Shown: positions 40,444 through 49,869 of the stretch, in pieces
Numbering within the stretch: position 1 is the first letter of the stretch
Layout of the letters: each line of letters opens with the position of its first letter
NCBI GenBank assembly: GCA_963721455.1
Contig: CAVRJG010000039.1
Span: 218,738-282,737 of the forward strand
DNA from: an uncultured Methanosarcinaceae archaeon
GTDB lineage: Archaea > Halobacteriota > Methanosarcinia > Methanosarcinales > Methanosarcinaceae
Reading direction: 5' to 3'
DNA: 64,000 nt
Translations under genes and position numbers: made by a program
Notes under the pieces: generated by a model
Told to the model about the DNA's origin: nothing
Seen by the model: only the letters and a program-made list of their open reading frames with translations
Databases searched by the model: none

Positions 40444-41643
40444 ATGCAAAAAATAATTAATTTCCACAGAAGGCGAAAAAAACTGAATTTTCTGATCATC
40501 GCATCAGTTCTTATTATGGCTCTACTGGCAATTTCTCCTGAAACCGCATCCTGTGGTAACCTGGGGTTTTCCTCTTCTCAAGAGACGGGGCCTACTACGG
40601 AGCAGATACCTGCCAGGGTCCTGGAAGAAGCAGGAAATGTCGGAGTTACTTTAACCTTATATGAAAATATGGGGCTCTTCAAAAAATTTGGAATATATAT
40701 AGATAGATATATGCTTGGGGGAATGGGGGCAGCAGTTCTGGTCCTTCTCGTATATTCACGCGTGACTTGGAGAGAGACCACAGTTATAAAGAATCCTCTG
40801 AAAGCTCTATATTCGCTTAAAATCTGGAAAACAGCCAAAACTGAGGAAACAGACAAAGGAAATTCCGAGATCAAAGAACGAAGACTCTTTACTGCAATTC
40901 CGGTCCTGTGCATAGCCTTTGCCGAACTCTTGATCTTTTCGGGAAGAATGGGGGCAGCCGTCTGGGTGCATATTGGAACCCTTATTGCTCTTTCCCTTTC
41001 CAATATATTCATAAAAGACCTCGAAATCCAAAAAATCCACCAGGCACTTATGCTTCTCCCGATCCTGAGACTCATAAACCTTTCAATGCCTATCTTTATT
41101 GAGACTACACTTTATACCTTCATTTTCATCTACGGCACCCTGGCAATTCCAGTGGCGGTTATAATAATCCATCAGCGTCACTCCTTTGAGCAGATAGGAA
41201 TTTCCCTGAAGAATATTGAAGCCTACATGTTCCTTTCGATTCCTCTGGGTTTTCTACTTGGGCTTGGGGAGTACCTGATCATCCAGACCGGGTATCTGAT
41301 CCCTGAACTCACTTTCGGAAATCTGCTTAAACTCACGCTTATCATGGTTTTCTTCGTGGGCCTGGTTGAGGAACTTATTTTCAGAGCAATCCTCCAGACT
41401 AGGCTCGAACAGGCACTCAGTGTGAGAGAGGCCCTGTTAATCACAAGTCTCCTGTTTGGACTCATGCACTCAGGGTACGGCACCTTCTATGAAATTCTTT
41501 ATACCTGCTTTGTGGGATTTGTCATGGGCCTCGCCTTCTACAAAACAAGAAGTCTGCCCTTTGTTGCTGTCCTGCACGGCTTCGTCAATGTTTTCCTTTT
41601 CGGGATTTTCCCCCACTACCTGAGCGACTGGGCAGGGTTCTGA
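40444..41643 (+). CDS. CPBP (type II CAAX/Abi) intramembrane glutamic protease with N-terminal fusion
   Basis: EELIFR, FGLMH and HGFVN motifs; ATG 40444 after AAGGAG; N-terminal ~110 aa resemble both ends of 44166-45137. Confidence 0.9.
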   Translation: MQKIINFHRRRKKLNFLIIASVLIMALLAISPETASCGNLGFSSSQETGPTTEQIPARVLEEAGNVGVTLTLYENMGLFKKFGIYIDRYMLGGMGAAVLVLLVYSRVTWRETTVIKNPLKALYSLKIWKTAKTEETDKGNSEIKERRLFTAIPVLCIAFAELLIFSGRMGAAVWVHIGTLIALSLSNIFIKDLEIQKIHQALMLLPILRLINLSMPIFIETTLYTFIFIYGTLAIPVAVIIIHQRHSFEQIGISLKNIEAYMFLSIPLGFLLGLGEYLIIQTGYLIPELTFGNLLKLTLIMVFFVGLVEELIFRAILQTRLEQALSVREALLITSLLFGLMHSGYGTFYEILYTCFVGFVMGLAFYKTRSLPFVAVLHGFVNVFLFGIFPHYLSDWAGF

Positions 41644-41992
41644 TCCTGTCTTGAAAGTTGCCTTGCAAAATAAATTTTCAGATTCATTAAAGCCTTATTT
41701 TTCGATGCACATATAACTTTTTTAAGTTTTTACATCTGAATTTATTATCATTTTACAGTTTTCGATTCCTTTTGATTCTTAATTCTCTTTGCCCGCGGAA
41801 AAGTTTGAGAAATTGTGGGCCTTAAAGAACTGAAAGCTGAACTTGAGAATGAAAGAAATTAGACAGAAAAAGATGTATGAAAAAAAATGTCTGAATAAAG
41901 AATTTGGAAAGAAAAGCTTTACAAAGAACCTATAAAATGTAAGAAAAATAAGGATCTGAAAGCAGCAATTTACAAAGGGAAAAAGGTAAAGA

Positions 41993-42365
41993 AAATGTTC
42001 CGGAAATCCGGAATCACATAACCTCTGCTATCTTATAAAAGACGATCAGCGCAAAGCAGAAAATCAAAGGAAAGATTGCCATATTAAGAGAACTGTTAAG
42101 AGATTTGCTCCAATGTTCAGATGCTGAAAGGACCTCCTTTAAAGAAAGAAGAGCTATGAGCCCAACAACGACTGCAACCCCATACTCAGGAAGACCAGGG
42201 CTTGTAATCATGGAAATTGCACTCGAGGAGATAGCGCTCGAGGAGATAGCACTTGATGAGATAATGCTCAATAGTATAATAATGCCCCCTTACAATATCG
42301 TAGATTTATTCGATTTATCGTAGACTTATTAGAATAAAAGGACTAAATCATATAAAAAACTTTTG
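41993..42365. repeat. ~370-bp direct duplication (with 43060-43416) carrying the micro-protein gene and its promoter
   Basis: Near-identical from aaatgttccggaaatccggaatcac to catataaaaaactttt; differs by one 15-bp SSSAI unit and a few SNPs. Confidence 0.92.
42014..42277 (-). CDS. small Ser-rich two-TM micro-protein, copy 2 (three SSSAI repeats)
   Basis: LLSIISSSAISSSAISSSAISMITSPGLPEYG-TM-KE..HW..SLNMAI-TM; start at ATA 42277 or TTG 42271 after a GGGGG RBS. Confidence 0.8.
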   Translation of the reverse strand: MLLSIISSSAISSSAISSSAISMITSPGLPEYGVAVVVGLIALLSLKEVLSASEHWSKSLNSSLNMAIFPLIFCFALIVFYKIAEVM

Positions 42366-43080
42366 GAACATGTGAAAGAAATTAGTAAATCAATTTCGAT
42401 AAAAGTAGTAAAAATGCATGGAGTAACTTATACAGAAAATATCAATTGAAACATGATAAATTAATTTAACATTATATTCGATAGAAATAAAAAGATAACA
42501 TCAAAAAACTGGGAATGTGTATGGAAAAAAATGAGTAAGTGAGAGAAGTATCAAAATATTATAAAAATTGTTCATTTGGATTCGGTCAAGGTTTAAAACG
42601 CCAAAAAGTGTTATTTTTTATGCTATATACCTGGGAATTATGTTGGAAAATCGCTGTACTTGGTATTTGAAGTTGTGCATAAAATTCGTTAACTGATCCC
42701 AAAAGAAAAATTATTTACATATTTCCCAAAATATCAGATTTTTAAGGATTAATACTTCTTATATTAAGAGCAAAATAGTAATTTAATGTTTCTAATAAAA
42801 CTATAAGCTATGAGTAGGCTTTCTTTTGTCTAAGCTCTAAAAAAGACTTAATTTCCCTCATAGTCCAAAAATTTTTTCAAATCCTTTTCGATTACCTATG
42901 ATCTTCTTTTTTCTGCCGCATAAAACACTTTAAAAAATTGAAGACTTCGAAACACCCTCTAAAGCCTAACCTGAAGACTGATACCGCGAACAAAAGCCAC
43001 AAAAAAGAAAGTAAAATCTAAAACTAGCCGAAGTCAATCAGCAGTAAAAAGAGTAGAGTAAATGTTCCGGAAATCCGGAA

Positions 43081-43329
43081 TCACATAACCTCTGCTATCT
43101 TATAAAAGACGATCAGCGCAAAGCAGAAAATCAAAGGAAAGATTGCCATATTAAGAGAACTGTTAAGAGATTTGCTCCAATGTTCAGATGCTGAAAGGAC
43201 CTCCTTTAAAGAAAGAAGAGCTATGAGCCCAACAATGACTGCCGCCCCATACTCAGGAAGACCAGGGCTTGTAATCATGGAAATTGCACTCGAAGAGATA
43301 GCACTTGATGAGATAATGCTCAATAGTAT
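43081..43329 (-). CDS. small Ser-rich two-TM micro-protein, copy 3 (two SSSAI repeats)
   Basis: Nearly identical to copy 2; start at ATA 43329 or TTG 43323. Confidence 0.8.
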   Translation of the reverse strand: MLLSIISSSAISSSAISMITSPGLPEYGAAVIVGLIALLSLKEVLSASEHWSKSLNSSLNMAIFPLIFCFALIVFYKIAEVM

Positions 43330-43588
43330 AATAATGCCCCCTTACAATATCGTAGATTTATTCGATTTATCGTAGATTTATTAGAATAAAAGGAGTAAGT
43401 CATATAAAAAACTTTTGAGAGATATTAGATGATTGACATTTAGTATTAGTAGGAGAAATAGTACGAAAACTGAAATTAAAAATGATGTAAACACACAAAA
43501 ATCGGCATTATCCTGAGCATTAAAGAGAATTAAGCGAGATAAATATTCCTAAACTCATTGAGGAAAAGTGAGAAAGTAATATAAACAT

Positions 43589-43838
43589 CCGACCTTCCGC
43601 AGATGTCCTCAAGAAAATAACATTTTTCTTGCTATCGTTTTTGGATATTTGCTCTAAAATTTGCAATTATTATCTCAACTGAAGCTTCCTGAAATTAAGT
43701 TAGAAGCTTTCAATGAAGGTACAAGATTGAAAAGTGTAAGACATTTCAAAAAAACATGTTTGAATAAGCAGGGCAATTTTCAGAAAAACGATAGCAGAAA
43801 AAATTGTGAAAATTGAACGGACATCTGCGGAAAGTCAG
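43589..43838. mobile_element. MITE copy 2 (250 bp), inverted relative to copy 1
   Basis: TIRs ccgaccttccgcagatgtcc / ggacatctgcggaaagtcag; 6-bp target duplication aaacat (43583-43588, 43839-43844). Confidence 0.92.
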
Positions 43839-44165
43839 AAACATCCAATCATTTTACTAAAACAATTATTAAAAATGTGAAGACGCACAAATAAAAAATA
43901 ATTTCAGGGGCTTAAGAAAATTCAGAGATTAGCAACAGCCACAAAATAGGTCCAAATCTCAACAATATACATAAATTTACAGATATAATGCCCTAAAAGC
44001 CAGAAACTATCAATAAAAATTTATAGAATGACCATAGTAAAAGTTTACATAATATCGGGTAAACAGGATATTTCAGCGTAGTTTACTCTCTAAAAAATCT
44101 GATTGAAATAATTAAAATACGATATAAAAAATTAGATAAAATCTAATTTGAAAAGGAGCGACTCC

Positions 44166-45137
44166 GTGCACAAATTAATTAGTCTCCGTAAGAAAAGAAA
44201 AGAACTGGCTTTTATGGTCACCTCCCTTTCGATTCTGGTTTTACTGGCAATTTCTCCTGCAGCCGCATCTGTTAACAACTGGGAGTTTTCCCCTCAAGAA
44301 CCTGTTTCTGGGGACACCCTTAGCATAAAAGGGGGTGCATCTCCGCAGGAGGAAATCGATGTGTTCGTGACCTTTGAAAAAACGGTTCCTGTCTCTGGGG
44401 GAGAGTTTGAATATATTCTTGAAGACGTAAAAATCCCTGGAGGTTTAAATAATCTCTTTAAGGTTGAGGCAAGGGGAGCCAAAAACCTCAACGTGAGGGT
44501 AAAAATGATCCTCTGGGTAACAAAAAGCTCAGAGGTTTCAGGGGATGTTGTAACCGTATCTCAGTCAAGTGTCCCTCCAGGAACCTACATAATAAAAATC
44601 GACGGGCATGCTAAAGAAGGAGCTTCAAACGTGAACCTGAAGATTACAGCTTTTCAGGGGATAGAAGCTGATTCGAACGGAGATTTCAGTTACTCCTATA
44701 ATACAAAAGCTGTTCCTTCGGGAGACTTTGAAATAAAAGTGGGGAGTGTAGCAAAAAAGGTAACTATTCAGCCTGAGGAAACCTCAGACTCAACTTCAGA
44801 CTCAACTTCAGCAAGTTCGTCTTCAGCAAGTTCGTCTTCAGCAAGTTCGTCTTCAGCAAAGACAGAATTTTCCCCATCAGCAGAAACTGAGACTTCTCTT
44901 TCGCCAGAGACTGCGCCTTCTCTGGAACCAACAGCTTCCGAAACTCCGAAAGAAAATAATGATTCTGAAGTATTGACTCCAGACAAAAATCTCGAAGAAA
45001 GGAACATTCAGGCACAGCCCTCCGAAAAAGACACACGAAAATCCGGATTTCTCCGGCTATTTGTAGACGAGTTCTATCTGCTGGCAGGAGTGGGAACAGC
45101 AATTCTGATTCTGATTATATATTCAAGAAGGAAGTGA
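44166..45137 (+). CDS. secreted cell-surface protein: signal peptide, beta-rich domain, Ser/Thr/Pro linker, C-terminal TM with basic tail
   Basis: Basic n-region plus LLAISPAAA signal; SASSSSASSSSASSSSA linker; YLLAGVGTAILILIIYSRRK terminus; GTG start after AAGGAG. Confidence 0.85.
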   Translation: MHKLISLRKKRKELAFMVTSLSILVLLAISPAAASVNNWEFSPQEPVSGDTLSIKGGASPQEEIDVFVTFEKTVPVSGGEFEYILEDVKIPGGLNNLFKVEARGAKNLNVRVKMILWVTKSSEVSGDVVTVSQSSVPPGTYIIKIDGHAKEGASNVNLKITAFQGIEADSNGDFSYSYNTKAVPSGDFEIKVGSVAKKVTIQPEETSDSTSDSTSASSSSASSSSASSSSAKTEFSPSAETETSLSPETAPSLEPTASETPKENNDSEVLTPDKNLEERNIQAQPSEKDTRKSGFLRLFVDEFYLLAGVGTAILILIIYSRRK

Positions 45138-45234
45138 AGCAAAAAATATCAATTCCGGGTGAAAAACCATGCAAGAAATATTGATATCATGAGATGGGGC
45201 TGGTTAAAAAATATCTGATAAATAGGATGGAGGT

Positions 45235-47441
45235 ATGTATTTGAAGAAAAGTTTACTGATAATTGCATTAACTGTATTTATATTAACTTCTGCAACAGCA
45301 ATTGCAGGCAACAACGAAAAAGATGTAAGCCCTATTGGTAGTATAAACTTTACCGATAGGGCTGTTTATGTTCTGGACCATACCAGCGACCCGGAAGAAG
45401 GAAATTGGATTACAATGGGATACACGTATGAAGGAAGAATGATCCAACTCCCCAAGCCGATAAAGCTCACATACTCAGGCCCTAAATTTAAAGAATATGG
45501 AGGAGCTTCCGGAACACTCTACAAAGACGAAAATGAAAGTTACACAATAACTTACCCATCAAGTTCTTTTTACCTCACCCATCCCGTCTACCTGCCTGGG
45601 GAGAAAGTGAACATGTCTTTCCATGGGGATTCCTCTCTAAAAGGAACTGTGGATATCTATCTTTTCAACATCACCTCAGACTCCGCGTACGGAATTTTTG
45701 ATTCCTTCAAGGCAGGAGATGTAGGAAACTTAGACAGCCTCTTTCACAGCAACATAGACGGGAATTATAAAAAATACTCTGCTGTTCTGGGAAAGGATGG
45801 CGATTTATTAAATTACGATTTTGGACCGCTCGATGCAGGACAGTACTGTATAGTAATGATCCAGGAAAATGAAGACAACAGCCTGACAGTCCTTTCTGCA
45901 ACAGCCTTTGTAGTTGAGAAATACGAACTACACGTTTCAGCTCCTGCAAGCATAGTAAAAGGGGAAGACCTGGATATAAGTATGGCACTTGAGAGTGCCC
46001 CAAATGAAAGTAACTGCACGTATGGGGCTGTGCTAATCAGGGAGAAGGCATATAAAGCGAACATAGAAATCAACTCTGATGGCACCAGGAATGGCACTTC
46101 AGTAATAGTAAACGAAGTAGACCTTATTGATGAATTTGACATCAATTCCTCAAATTACAGGTCAAAACTTACCAGAGACGAACTCCAGACAGAAATCCAG
46201 ACCATAATAGGAGAAGGCAAAGGCTCCATAGCAATAGGAGAAAAAGGCCAGAAGAAGCTGTCACTTACAGCTTTTGACCTGCCTCCAGGCTCCTATTACC
46301 TCCTTGCGGGAGCATACAGCCCGGGAAAAGGGCTAGTCGGGCTTACCCAGCTTGAGGTGGAAATTAAGTCAAAGGGTGGCTCAGACGATGACTCTGGAGG
46401 AGACAACGGATCTGACGACAATGGATCTGATGAACAATGGATCTGATGAAAATGGATCTGATGAAAATGGATCTGATGAAAATGGATGTGATGACAACGG
46501 ATCTGATGACAACGGATCTGATGACAACGGATCTGATGACAACGGATCTGATGACAACGGATCTGATGACAATGGATCTGATGACAATGGATCTGGATGA
46601 CAATGGATCTGATGACAATGGATCTGATGACGATGACTCTAGAGAAGACGATAACTCCGGCAGCGGAGGAAACGGAGGAAACGGAGGAAGCGGAGGAGCA
46701 GGAGGATCTCCTGAACCTGCTAAAAATGTCAAGTCAAAAGAGCTCTCCCAGCAGTTCATTTCAAACGGCAAACAGATAAGTTTCAAGTTTATACAGGAAG
46801 CAACTTCTGTCGAATATGTGGGATTCAATGCCAAAAAGACTGCCGGAAAAATTACAACTATTGTCGAGGAGCTTAAAGAGAAGTCTTCACTGGCACTTTC
46901 CGAACCTGAAGGTGAAGTCTACAAATACATAAATGTCTGGATAGGAAATGGGGGCTTTGCAAACCCCAATAACTTTGAGAATGCCGTTGTAGGGTTCAGA
47001 GTAAACAAAGAGTGGATCACAGGAAATCATATTAATGCTGACTTGATAGTCCTCCAGCATTTCAACGGGAACGATTGGGATGCTCTTCCTACAAAAAAAT
47101 TGAGCGAAAATGAAGAATATATTTATTTTGAGTCTGAAACTCCCAGTTTTTCTCCGTTTGCAATCACGGCCGGAAAGAATGTAATGGTGACAGAGGAGAA
47201 AACAGGAGAAAACCAGGTACCTTCTGAGGCAATGCCAAATGACGAAACCGGGACAACCACTGAGACTGGCGCTGCTTCCCAGGAAAATAAAAACACGGAG
47301 ATTCTAAAAATTGCCCGTTTCTTTGTAGGGTTCCTTATAGTCCTCCTTATGGGCGCGATTATAATTAAGAAAACGGGACCTGAGCAAGAGGAACCTGAAA
47401 AAAGGGACATGAGCAATAAAAAGGGATATTCTAAAAGATAA
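45235..47441 (+). pseudogene. TIGR04279-type extracellular domain plus PGF-pre-PGF domain surface protein, interrupted by two +1 insertions in a repeat linker
   Basis: Signal peptide and DHT..PEEGNWI domain (45235-); GGAGGSPEPAKNV...ETPSFSPFAIT domain with TM in another frame (-47441); extra bases at ~46433 and ~46595. Confidence 0.75.
46402..46632 (+). repeat. 15-bp tandem repeat (gatgacaacggatct)n encoding DDNGS/DENGS
   Basis: About 15 units, two of them 16 bp long. Confidence 0.95.
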
Positions 47442-47634
47442 AAACAGGAGACAGAAGGTCTTCTGTTTTAATTCTCTTTTTGCACCTATTAAACCTGGGA
47501 AAAACAACATCAATAGCCTTCCTTAGTAAGATTCAATAGGCAAATTTCAGTGAGCTGATTTTCTTTAATTGTTGATTATTGATCATGCATTTTCTTTTTC
47601 CATCAGTTAGTAAGTAAACAGCCCTTAAAGCCGT

Positions 47635-48531
47635 TTAAATCAGGCTTTTTAACCCGTCCTGCAGCTCAACCTTCCCTTTCCACCAGCCGGAAATTTTTGA
47701 AACATCCGCCTTTGAGTCCCGAACATCGCCTGCTCTAGACGCGGCGTGTACGATCCTGCTGGAAGAGCCAGTCAACTTAATAATATTTTCGGCAAGCTCC
47801 AGCACTGTCACGCTTTTTCCCATAGCCACGTTGAAAACCTGCCCGTCGCCGTGCTCAAGAGCTGCAACATTTGCCCTGACCACATCTTTTATATGCACGA
47901 AATCCCGGTTCTGAAGTCCGTCCCCGTAGATAACAAGGTCTTTTCCTGCCTTTGCTTTTTCAAGGAAAATGGGGATAACAGCTGCATATGGGGATTTCGG
48001 GTCCTGGCGGGGACCGTAGACATTGAAGTAGCGCAGGCAGGTGGTTCGAAGCCCGTGACTTTCATAAAACATTCTTGCCAGATATTCCCCATCGAGTTTG
48101 GAAATAGCATAAGGAGAAGTCGGTTCAGGATACATATCCTCGCGCTTTGGGAGGATCGGGTTATTTCCGTAAATAGCAGCCGAAGATGCAGTTACAAATT
48201 TATCGACCCCGGCTTTAACGCAGGCCTGCAATACATTAAGAGTCCCAAGAGTGTTAACCCGGAAAGCCTCAGCAGGCCTTTCACAGCTGAGAGGTACGGA
48301 TACAAGGGCAGCTTCATGAAAGACACAATCCATGCCAGAAACCGCCTTTTCGACTGAAGGAGAGTCACAGATGTCTCCCTGAATGAACTCGATGTTTTTG
48401 TACGGCGGGACATTTCTCAGGAAACCTGTGGCAAAATTATCCAGAATCCTGACAATGTGCCCTGCTTCTGCAAAATATTCAGCTATATGGGAGCCTATGA
48501 AACCTGCTCCTCCTGTAACCAGCACTTTCAT
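47635..48531 (-). CDS. NAD-dependent epimerase (UDP-Glc/GlcNAc 4-epimerase-like)
   Basis: TGGAGFIGSH, YAISK and RYFNVYGPRQDP motifs. Confidence 0.9.
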   Translation of the reverse strand: MKVLVTGGAGFIGSHIAEYFAEAGHIVRILDNFATGFLRNVPPYKNIEFIQGDICDSPSVEKAVSGMDCVFHEAALVSVPLSCERPAEAFRVNTLGTLNVLQACVKAGVDKFVTASSAAIYGNNPILPKREDMYPEPTSPYAISKLDGEYLARMFYESHGLRTTCLRYFNVYGPRQDPKSPYAAVIPIFLEKAKAGKDLVIYGDGLQNRDFVHIKDVVRANVAALEHGDGQVFNVAMGKSVTVLELAENIIKLTGSSSRIVHAASRAGDVRDSKADVSKISGWWKGKVELQDGLKSLI

Positions 48532-48979
48532 GCTTGCAGAAAAGGGAAAAGTACAAAATAAAATTTTCTATGCATACCCAGAGATTTCTGAGATTGAGCT
48601 AAAACTTTTCCGGAATATTCGGAAAATGGCTCAGGCTGTAAAAAGCTTTTCAAAAGAGGGGAAAATTTTTCATACAAAGAAGCCTTACTAATGAAGGGGA
48701 GTCAAAAAAATTGGGAAATTAAGGGTATTTCTCAGAAAACAGAGAACCTGATAAAAGAGAGTATGTCATACTCGAAATTGGAATTTTGGAACCGAGAATG
48801 GCAACATTCGACACTGATTTAAAAATGTAAAAGTGATTTCCCCTTATTTTCCTGCAACAGGACCACCTGAAAGGATAAGCCTGGCGTGGAAAAAATGCAA
48901 AAAAGCGGGTTGATGGAAGGCTTACATAAGTATAAATTCAAATAAGACAGAGTATAAAAAAATTTTATTTGTGGTAAAA

Positions 48980-49867
48980 ATGGCCGGAAATAGACAACTT
49001 CCTCTGGACCTGTTGCTTGTTGCAGGTTTTGTTCTTCTTACTGACGTCCTTGTACTTGTGCCTGTACTTAATGGCAGTTTCCTGCGCACAGGCTTGGGCA
49101 TTATTCTAGTGCTCTTCTTGCCAGGCTATGCCCTAACTGGAGCTGTCTTTCCGGCAAAAAAAGATATTAACGGAATTGAGAGAGTTGCAATCTCCTTCGG
49201 ACTGAGTATTGCAGTCGTCCCGATAATGGGACTTGGCCTGAACTATACTACCTGGGGGATCAGGGAGATTCCTGTGCTAACGGTGCTTTCGGTTTTTACT
49301 CTCTTGACATGCGCAGTTGCGTACTACAGAAGAAGGCTGCTGCCTGAAGCCGAAGCTTATGGAGTTTCACTCAAAGCGTTTTTCCTGAGCATGAAGACCG
49401 AAATTCTTGAAAAGCCCGAATCAAAAACCGATAAAATTTTTGCACTCCTCCTGATTCTTTCTATCCTGGCCTCTATGGGCAGCCTTGCCTACATAATAGG
49501 AAACCCTAAAGAAGGAGAGCATTTTACCGAATTTTACATTCTTGGAGCTGACAGGACAACCGAAAACTATCCTACAGAATTTGTACAGGGAGAAAAAGGG
49601 ACAGTCAGTGTAGGGATCGTAAACCATGAATATAGGCCCGTAGAGTATACAATGGAAGTAAGGCTTGAAAACAATTCTCTGCCTCTCCCGGAAAGTCAGA
49701 GACAGGTAAGCCTTGAGCATAATATGTCCTGGGAAGAGCCGATTACTTTTACGCCGTCTTTAGAAGGAAAGAATATGAAGCTAGAGTTTCTGCTATTTAA
49801 TGAAACCGAAAAAACCGTGCCTTACAGAAACCTGCATCTCTGGATTAATGTTACTGAGGAGGCCTGA
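48980..49867 (+). CDS. DUF1616 membrane protein
   Basis: LFLPGY, IERVAISFGLSIAVVP, GEHFTEFYILG and PYRNLHLWI motifs. Confidence 0.85.
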   Translation: MAGNRQLPLDLLLVAGFVLLTDVLVLVPVLNGSFLRTGLGIILVLFLPGYALTGAVFPAKKDINGIERVAISFGLSIAVVPIMGLGLNYTTWGIREIPVLTVLSVFTLLTCAVAYYRRRLLPEAEAYGVSLKAFFLSMKTEILEKPESKTDKIFALLLILSILASMGSLAYIIGNPKEGEHFTEFYILGADRTTENYPTEFVQGEKGTVSVGIVNHEYRPVEYTMEVRLENNSLPLPESQRQVSLEHNMSWEEPITFTPSLEGKNMKLEFLLFNETEKTVPYRNLHLWINVTEEA

Positions 49868-49869
49868 AG

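Noticed and set aside
46402-46632. Regular repeat array as a possible CRISPR
   Set aside because: Head-to-tail 15-bp units with no unique spacers and no cas genes; it is a coding low-complexity linker.
46352-46834. Alternative-frame ORFs with MTTDL, SSDPL or IRSVV repeats
   Set aside because: By-products of the stop-free tandem repeat read in other frames.
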